Source: an uncultured Deinococcales bacterium (GTDB lineage: Bacteria > Deinococcota > Deinococci > Deinococcales > JAAFIG01). Taken from it: 47,411 nucleotides of DNA. The position numbers and the translations under genes were made by a program. Below the pieces are notes generated by a model that saw only the letters and a program-made list of their open reading frames with translations, made no database searches and had not been told where the DNA came from. The stretch is from the NCBI GenBank assembly GCA_964244895.1, contig CAXTKV010000011.1:1-47411 (forward strand). Direction: 5' to 3'. Below are positions 41,255 to 47,411 of this stretch, piece after piece. The stretch's first letter is position 1, and each line of letters starts with the position of its first letter.

Positions 41255-41454
41255 GAGCAACACGAACTGGCATACCAATATGCCCTATCGCGAACAAGCG
41301 AAGCGTAGCATAGGTATTTTTTTACTACTTCATATTCGCAAGAAACAGCATCTAGCACGGCACAAACTGGCTCCAAAAAGCCATTTTCGAGAGCCATTCG
41401 AGCATTAATTATCAAACAGTAAAGAATTCGTTGGCGTGGCCCAAGAATTGGCTT

Positions 41455-41973
41455 TTAACTCGGGCCGTCGCGCAGGGACTCGAGCAGTTCGACGATGCGC
41501 TCTCGCTGGCTGATCGCTGCCAGCACGTCACCGTTCCAATCCGAATCGATCGCGTACACGAATCGGGGCACGATCCAGACGCGAAAGTCCAGCATCAACG
41601 CGTTGGCGAAACCCATCACGCTCATGTAGGACGCGCGACCGCCCGCTGCGCAGATGAACCCCACGACCGAACCCGCCAACGATCTGGCTCCGATCAATTC
41701 GATCAGGTTCTTGGCGGCGGCGTTGATGTCGTAGTTGTAGATCGGTACGCAGAACACGAAGCGCCGGAAGCTGTGAACGCGTTTCTTGAGCGACTCGACG
41801 CGAGGGTCATCCCACGATCCAGCCGAGCCCGCGAGCGGCAACTCGAGTTCGCGCAAATCCAGCAGTTCCGCGTTCAGACCAGAATTCCTCGCTTCCTCGA
41901 GCGCGATTCTGGCCAGCAGTTGCGAGCGCGAATCCGGGTCGAGGCTGGTGGCGACGATCAGGATGTCCTTCAA
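41455..41973 (-). CDS. NADPH-dependent FMN reductase
   Basis: ATSLDPDSRS, PIYNY..AAKNLIE motifs. Confidence 0.85.
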   Translation of the reverse strand: MKDILIVATSLDPDSRSQLLARIALEEARNSGLNAELLDLRELELPLAGSAGSWDDPRVESLKKRVHSFRRFVFCVPIYNYDINAAAKNLIELIGARSLAGSVVGFICAAGGRASYMSVMGFANALMLDFRVWIVPRFVYAIDSDWNGDVLAAISQRERIVELLESLRDGPS

Positions 41974-42794
41974 GGGCGCATCTCGCTCTCGGGCGCGCCG
42001 ATGGCCCGCAAGTACCGTTCTGCGGAGCGCCGAACGGCGTTCTTTGCATCGCGATCCACCACGCCGCCGTACCAGGCGTTGTACAGCCGGTCGAACGGGT
42101 ACGGCTCGAGCGCCCCGACGATGCCCCGCACGCCGGGCGCGTCCAGGGGAATCAGGTTCGGGTAACTGCGCATGAAGCTCACGTAGCGCCGATCCTGAGC
42201 CACGGTGATCGTGTCACCCGTCAGCAACGCACCGAGCCCATCCGCGCCGTGCGCCCAGTGCAGCGCGCTCGAGCCCTCGAAGTGACCGCCGCAGCGAATC
42301 ACGGTCACACCGTTTCCCAGTTCCAGCGTGTCGCCGTGCCAGTAGTGAATGCGTTCGTCGGGGCGCATGGCGTAATCGCGGTCGCTGGCAGGCAGGTAGA
42401 TCGGCGCGTCGAAGGCGCGCGCCCAATCCACCATCGTCGAATACAGGTGCGGGTGCGAACCCGTGATCGCCTGGATGCCGCCGAGCGCGCGCACGGCCTC
42501 GAGCATCCCATCCAGCAAGGGCGCGCCGTCCCACATGATGTTGCCACCCGCCGTCCGCACCAGCAAGGCGCGCTGCCCGATGGCGAAGGACGGCTGGGTG
42601 CCGATACCGGTCAAACCCGGTTCCTCGGGCCGGATGTCGGCGCGGTGGGTGCCGCGCAATTCGTCCAGCGTCGTCCAGCGTTGGCCGTCGTGCCCGACGT
42701 ACTGGCGTTCGTCTTCGCAGATCGGGCAATGGTCGGGCGGGGTTTCGGTGGCGGCGAATTGCGCGCCGCAGGTCTCGCAGATGAAGTTCGTCAC
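41970..42794 (-). CDS. MBL-fold metallo-hydrolase
   Basis: ICETCG..CPICEDERQY, SHPH, GGHFEG, LTGD motifs. Confidence 0.85.
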   Translation of the reverse strand: MTNFICETCGAQFAATETPPDHCPICEDERQYVGHDGQRWTTLDELRGTHRADIRPEEPGLTGIGTQPSFAIGQRALLVRTAGGNIMWDGAPLLDGMLEAVRALGGIQAITGSHPHLYSTMVDWARAFDAPIYLPASDRDYAMRPDERIHYWHGDTLELGNGVTVIRCGGHFEGSSALHWAHGADGLGALLTGDTITVAQDRRYVSFMRSYPNLIPLDAPGVRGIVGALEPYPFDRLYNAWYGGVVDRDAKNAVRRSAERYLRAIGAPESEMRP

Positions 42795-42824
42795 GGTTCC
42801 TTCCTCAATTTACACCCAGGGTCT

Positions 42825-43112
42825 TCACACCGAGAACACCACGTCGCCCGCGTGAAACACCCTCGAGGTCACGGTCGGCGCATCGTTGGCGGCGGCCCGT
42901 TGCTGGCGAGCCAGCGCTATGGCTCGCTGGTAGTCTTCCCGAGTTTGCCAGCCCTGAATCACCATCACGTTTCCCTCGTCGGTGCGAACGGATTCGTAGG
43001 ACAACAATCCCGGCTGTTGCCGCAAGATCTCCAGGGCCAGGCGCGTCCTTCTCAATTCCTCGTCCGTCATGCCGGGTAAGACCTCGAAGATGGCGACAAC
43101 CTTGTAGCTCAT
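42825..43112 (-). CDS. small ABM-like/dimeric barrel hypothetical protein
   Basis: QQPGLLSY...WQTREDY; AGGAGG RBS. Confidence 0.6.
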   Translation of the reverse strand: MSYKVVAIFEVLPGMTDEELRRTRLALEILRQQPGLLSYESVRTDEGNVMVIQGWQTREDYQRAIALARQQRAAANDAPTVTSRVFHAGDVVFSV

Positions 43113-43226
43113 GGTACGCCCTCCTGATTGAAGATTGTTTCGTGCCTCGTGGGAGCGTCTATTGTCACGACCGGGGCTTCAGGCGAGGTGTTGCGGCCTC
43201 GAGTTCAGGTCGAGGCAGACCACGAA

Positions 43227-43268
43227 GACCGTCCGGGACGTGAGCTTTTATTTGCGTGCTGGACGGTG
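43227..43268. repeat. dyad element (spacing 25)
   Basis: CGTCCGGGACG / CGTGCTGGACG. Confidence 0.9.
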
Positions 43269-43270
43269 TT

Positions 43271-44377
43271 TTATGGCAAGATCAAGTGCAGATCGCCGAA
43301 CTCGTGCCAGAGGTACGCACCCTCGAGCGCAGCCCGGTACGCGACCTCGAGGTGACGCCGTCCCGCGATGGCCTCGAGCATGGCCAGGTGCGTGGCCTGT
43401 GGCTCGTGCCAGCCCGTCAGGATGCCGTCCACCGCCCGCACGCCGCGCTGCGGGGTGACGATCAAGCGCGTCCAGCCCTCGCCGGGATGGGTGGTTCCGC
43501 CCGCGTCGGTGACGGTCTCGAGGGCGCGCACGCAGGTCGTACCGACTGCGATCACGCGCCGACCATCACGGTGCGCCTGGTTGACCGCGCGGGCGGTTCC
43601 GGGCGGCACGCGGTAGAACTCCTCGAACGGCGGTTCGTGGTCTTCGAGGGAAGCGATCCCCGTGTGCAGGGTGATCGGTGCGACCACCACGCCGTGCGCC
43701 ACGAGTTTCGTGATCAATTCGCTGGTAAAAGCGCGCCCCGCTGATGGCATTTCGGCGCTGCCGGGTTCGGTGGCGTAGACCGTCTGGTACGCGCTGATCG
43801 GCCATTCGTGCGGCACGTATGAATAGCGAATCGGCTTGCCGTAGCGCTCGAGATACGAAACGAGCGGTTCGGGTCGCTCGAGAATGGCCAGCCACAATCT
43901 CGAGCCGCAGCGCGTGGGCGCAGCCGTGCGATCCATTGCATACGGCGCGAGGATGCGAGCCTTCGCACCGCCGGGCAGCGACAGCGTTTCGCCTTCAGTT
44001 GCATCGCGAAAGGCTTTCGTGGTGCGTCCGTCAGGGCTGCGGAGTTCAACCGTCCAGATGTCGGCGGGCAGGTGCGTCGAAAGGTGCATTTCCAGCTTCG
44101 TGCCGTCCGCGCGCGTCGCGGGCAGCGCGGCGGGCAGCGTACCGGAGGTGTTGATCACCAGCGCATCGCCGGGTTCGAGGAAGCTGGGCAGGTCGCGGAA
44201 GCGCGCGTGAACCACGGTGTCGTCGCGTCGACAGGTGACCATCAGGCGCACTTCGTCGCGGGCCAGACCGCGCGCCTCCGGCGGTTCGGTGGCCTCGAGT
44301 TCCGGCGGCAAGGTGAACTCGAGCGTTTCGATCTGAAACGCGGCTGGCGTGTTCACTCGTGATGGCGCGCGCATCAC
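43271..44377 (-). CDS. QueA-like S-adenosylmethionine:tRNA ribosyltransferase-isomerase
   Basis: YQTVYA..GSAEMPSAGRAF, AVGTTCVRALE, WHEFGD motifs. Confidence 0.85.
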   Translation of the reverse strand: MMRAPSRVNTPAAFQIETLEFTLPPELEATEPPEARGLARDEVRLMVTCRRDDTVVHARFRDLPSFLEPGDALVINTSGTLPAALPATRADGTKLEMHLSTHLPADIWTVELRSPDGRTTKAFRDATEGETLSLPGGAKARILAPYAMDRTAAPTRCGSRLWLAILERPEPLVSYLERYGKPIRYSYVPHEWPISAYQTVYATEPGSAEMPSAGRAFTSELITKLVAHGVVVAPITLHTGIASLEDHEPPFEEFYRVPPGTARAVNQAHRDGRRVIAVGTTCVRALETVTDAGGTTHPGEGWTRLIVTPQRGVRAVDGILTGWHEPQATHLAMLEAIAGRRHLEVAYRAALEGAYLWHEFGDLHLILP

Positions 44378-45090
44378 GATCTCGCCTCCAGCCTCTGCGC
44401 CTGGTAACGACCGCTCGGCAGGTCGGCCTCGAGCAAGCGCAAGAAGCCCGGCACGGCGGCTTCGGGTGCGGGCCGGTCGCCGATGTCTTCATTGGGGAAG
44501 GCTTCCTGGTGCATCCGCGTGTTCATGTCACCGGGGTCGACCCAATAGACGCGCACAGCGGGTTGCTCGGCGGCGAGAACGCCTGAAAGCTGTTCCAGCG
44601 CAGCTTTCGACGATCCGTAACCGCCCCAGCCCGCGTACGCCTCGATGCCCGCGTCGCTGGTGAGGTTGATGATCCGCGCACCGGGTTTCAGGATCGGTAA
44701 GGCGAGCTGAATCAGTCGCAACGGCGCGAAGACGTTGACGCTGTAGACGCGTTCCAGCGCATCCAACGGGTAGTCCGCCAGCGCGGGCTGCGGCTTCCAG
44801 TCGGCTTCGGCGGCGTCGCTCGAGGGGCCGAGGATGCTGGCGTTGTTGACGAGCGCGTCAAGCCCACCCAATGCTCGAGCCGCCTCGGCCAAGGCTCGAG
44901 CGTGAGCGGGGTCGCTGACATCGCCGGGAATGGCGGTGACGTTCGTGCGCGCCGCGAGTTCCGCGCGGGCGTTCTCCAGGGTGCTCGAGCCTCGGGCGGT
45001 GATGATCAAGCCCCAATCGCGCTCCGCCAGGGCTCTGGCCAGCGCCAAACCCAGCCCTCGAGATGCGCCGGTGATCAGTGCGGTTTTCAT
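44374..45090 (-). CDS. SDR family oxidoreductase
   Basis: TGASRGLG, NNAS, YGSSK motifs. Confidence 0.9.
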   Translation of the reverse strand: MKTALITGASRGLGLALARALAERDWGLIITARGSSTLENARAELAARTNVTAIPGDVSDPAHARALAEAARALGGLDALVNNASILGPSSDAAEADWKPQPALADYPLDALERVYSVNVFAPLRLIQLALPILKPGARIINLTSDAGIEAYAGWGGYGSSKAALEQLSGVLAAEQPAVRVYWVDPGDMNTRMHQEAFPNEDIGDRPAPEAAVPGFLRLLEADLPSGRYQAQRLEARS

Positions 45091-45261
45091 GGTGTCTCCA
45101 TTTCGGGAATGGTCACGAATCGCCTCTGGTGCGGCTCGAGGCTGAAAGGCTGTCTTTGAAAGGCGAGCCTGAAGTGCTTCGATCCTACATCCGAAATCAA
45201 GATTTAGCAAGTATTAACTGTTTTTATTGCCGAAACCCGAAGCCTGCGCTAGACTGCCCGC

Positions 45262-45960
45262 GTGAACCGCGCCGTCCACCCCGCCCTCAGCGCCATGCCT
45301 CAGACGCGCCAGACCATCCTGGGCGCGCTCAAAAAACGCGGCGAGTTGCGCGCCGAAGACCTGGCCGAAACCACCGGCATCACCGCGTCGGGCGCGCGCC
45401 AGCACCTGCAATCCCTCGAGATGGACGGATTGATCGTCCGCCGCGAATTGCGCGAAGGCGTCGGGCGGCCCAAGCTGGTCTACAAACTGACCGCTGCCGC
45501 CGACGCGCTCTACCCGCGCGGCTACAGCGAACTGACCAACGAACTGCTGGAGTACGTCCAGGACGACGACCCCGAACTGCTGGAGGCCATCTTCAGACGG
45601 CGGATGCAGCGCCGCATCGATAGCGCGAAACTCCGCCTGGATCCACTACCAGCCCTGGACGCGCGCGTCGCCGAACTGACGCGGATTCTCGACGAGGACG
45701 GCTACCTGGCCGACTTCGAACACCTGCCGGACGGATCGTACCGCATCACCGAGCACAACTGCGCGATCTTCGGCGTGGCCATGAAATACGGTCAGGCCTG
45801 CTCGAGCGAGATCGAATTCATCCGCGCCGTGCTGCCCGACGCGACCATTGAACGCGTGGCGCACATGGTCGGTGGGGCGCACGTCTGCGCATACGCGATC
45901 ATCCCGAGAACCGCGTCCCGAGCGAAGACCACCGAGACCAAGAAATCCCGCGCACGGTAA
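45262..45960 (+). CDS. SufR-like winged-HTH metalloregulator
   Basis: ARQHLQSLE..GVGRP..Y, HNCAI..C..C; TAGACT 6 nt before GTG. Confidence 0.8.
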   Translation: MNRAVHPALSAMPQTRQTILGALKKRGELRAEDLAETTGITASGARQHLQSLEMDGLIVRRELREGVGRPKLVYKLTAAADALYPRGYSELTNELLEYVQDDDPELLEAIFRRRMQRRIDSAKLRLDPLPALDARVAELTRILDEDGYLADFEHLPDGSYRITEHNCAIFGVAMKYGQACSSEIEFIRAVLPDATIERVAHMVGGAHVCAYAIIPRTASRAKTTETKKSRAR

Positions 45961-45967
45961 GCGAAAA

Positions 45968-46019
45968 CGCCGTCCCACACGTATATTCTTGAGCCTCGAG
46001 ATTCGCGTGCTGGACGGTG
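45968..46019. repeat. dyad element (spacing 35)
   Basis: CGTCCCACACG / CGTGCTGGACG. Confidence 0.85.
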
Positions 46020-46028
46020 TTCTCATCG

Positions 46029-46658
46029 TCAGTACCACACGCCGACGGCCTGTTGGTGGTACTTCGCCTCGCTGATCTCTCGGGCAAGGAAATCGGCCAC
46101 ATCGTGCGCCGAAATGATCTTGAAGCCGCCGGGAAACTTCCCCGTCTCGAGGTGGTATTTCCCGGTGTGGGCGCCGTCGTTGATGTACGGGCAGGCGGCC
46201 AGCGCATAATCCAGGCTCGAGTTGGCGACGATCTCGTAGGCGTACTGGTGGTCGGTGGCTGCCGCGATGAATAGCCTCACGAAAAACAAGGAAATCGCTC
46301 CAGCCGGGGTCGAGGGCATCTGCGCGGTTCCGCTGACGCCCAGGTAGCGGGTCAGTCCGGCAGATTTCATGGCCGCCACGATGACCTTTACGCTGTCCCT
46401 CACGACCGTCGAGGCTTTCAAGGGGTTGGCGCCGACGGCCATCACGACCGCGTCGAATCCCGCCTCGAGCGCCCTTGAGACGCTTTCAGGATCGGTCGTG
46501 TCCCCCTGCACGACGCTCAGGTTGGCGTGACGCAGGGTGACTTTGGCTGGCGTGCGGGCGAACGCTGTGACCCGATGGCCCGCGTTCAGGGCGTACTCGA
46601 GGACGCTCGCACCGACCCGACCTGTAGAACCGAAGACGATGACACGCTGGCTGCTCAT
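46029..46658 (-). CDS. NAD(P)H-binding (BVR-B-like) oxidoreductase
   Basis: VFGSTGRVG, ISAHDVA motifs; GGAGG RBS. Confidence 0.85.
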   Translation of the reverse strand: MSSQRVIVFGSTGRVGASVLEYALNAGHRVTAFARTPAKVTLRHANLSVVQGDTTDPESVSRALEAGFDAVVMAVGANPLKASTVVRDSVKVIVAAMKSAGLTRYLGVSGTAQMPSTPAGAISLFFVRLFIAAATDHQYAYEIVANSSLDYALAACPYINDGAHTGKYHLETGKFPGGFKIISAHDVADFLAREISEAKYHQQAVGVWY

Positions 46659-46712
46659 GGGTTAACCTCCGATATTCAAGGACGAAGATATCTTGAAGCT
46701 TGGAGATACTTT

Positions 46713-47180
46713 ATGTTTCGAGATACAAAATTGCAAGCAGCCAGCCGAAAACCCCAACACCGCACGCCGCTCCACAGCTTCCACGCCGCCGTCATGCGCC
46801 AGATCATCGGCGACCTGTCCGTCACAATTCAGCAATACGACCTGACACCCGCGCAACTCTCGACCCTGTTTCGCCTGCGCAGTCAGGGCGCGCTCGGCGT
46901 TACAGCCATCTCGGAACAACTCGGCCTGAGTTCCGGCACGACCAGCCACCTCGTTGAACGGCTCGTTCAACGCGAACTCGTAATGCGAACCGAACACCCC
47001 CTGGATCGTCGCGGACGAGAAATCAGCCTTTCGCCGACCGGACAGGAATTCCTGACGGCCTTCGACACGGAACTCAACCGATCCCTGGAGCAACTCGTCC
47101 GTCAGGTTCCCCCGGATTTGCTCGAGCGCCTGACCGAAGTGCTGCGCGAGGTCTTACCGCACCTGACGCAACCGCATTGA
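46713..47180 (+). CDS. MarR family transcriptional regulator
   Basis: LTPAQLSTL..LVERLV..DRR..LSPTG; start uncertain; imperfect palindrome 46689-46708 in the divergent gap. Confidence 0.85.
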   Translation: MFRDTKLQAASRKPQHRTPLHSFHAAVMRQIIGDLSVTIQQYDLTPAQLSTLFRLRSQGALGVTAISEQLGLSSGTTSHLVERLVQRELVMRTEHPLDRRGREISLSPTGQEFLTAFDTELNRSLEQLVRQVPPDLLERLTEVLREVLPHLTQPH

Positions 47181-47185
47181 AAAAA

Positions 47186-47227
47186 CACCGTCCCACACAC
47201 AAATCGTAAAACGCGTGCTGGGCGGTG
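47186..47227. repeat. dyad element (spacing 25)
   Basis: CGTCCCACACA / CGTGCTGGGCG. Confidence 0.8.
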
Positions 47228-47263
47228 TTCCCATATTTACGCCCCTCGAGATACCCTGAACCC

Positions 47264-47411
47264 ATGCCGCGCCAGAAACTCAAACGCGCCGACCTGGAAA
47301 AAATCACGGATTTCACGGGGCTCGAGAAACCCAAGAAAGCCACGGGTCACGAGAAAAAAAGAACCGCGCAAGTTCACAAGAACAAGCGCGCGTATGAACG
47401 CAAGAAGAAAG
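47264..47411 (+). CDS. small basic hypothetical protein, truncated by window end
   Basis: MPRQKLKRADLEKITDFTGLEKPKKATGHEKKRTAQVHKNKRAYERKKK; TACCCT 6 nt before ATG. Confidence 0.6.
   Translation, partial: MPRQKLKRADLEKITDFTGLEKPKKATGHEKKRTAQVHKNKRAYERKKK

Overview
GC-rich bacterial chromosomal segment, most likely Deinococcota. This is inferred from the Thermus/Deinococcus-type ilvB-ilvN-ilvC-leuA-cimA order, many leaderless TANNNT promoters and a Thermus-like CRISPR repeat end. It holds about 45 ordinary metabolic and accessory CDS: a branched-chain amino acid cluster with interleaved small genes, a LacI/sugar-acid cluster, guaD, pilD, a GGDEF-STAND-TPR protein, a heme peroxidase and others. 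No rRNA, tRNA, transposase or cas gene was seen. The most striking signals are non-coding. (1) A family of 25 strictly intergenic dyad elements made of two 11-bp CGT-N5-ACG boxes spaced only 24-26 or 35-36 bp apart, one helical turn different. (2) Strong over-representation of CTCGAG. (3) A solitary type I-C-like CRISPR repeat right after ilvC, followed by a diverged copy of the ilvC 3' end. (4) Two apparently leaderless attenuator peptides (ilv, leu) with near-identical promoters, each followed by an unannotated sORF. (5) Two copies of a GTAG-REP composite element. (6) A deletion-inactivated hicA. All counts and alignments were done by eye, and product calls come from motif recognition, not database searches.
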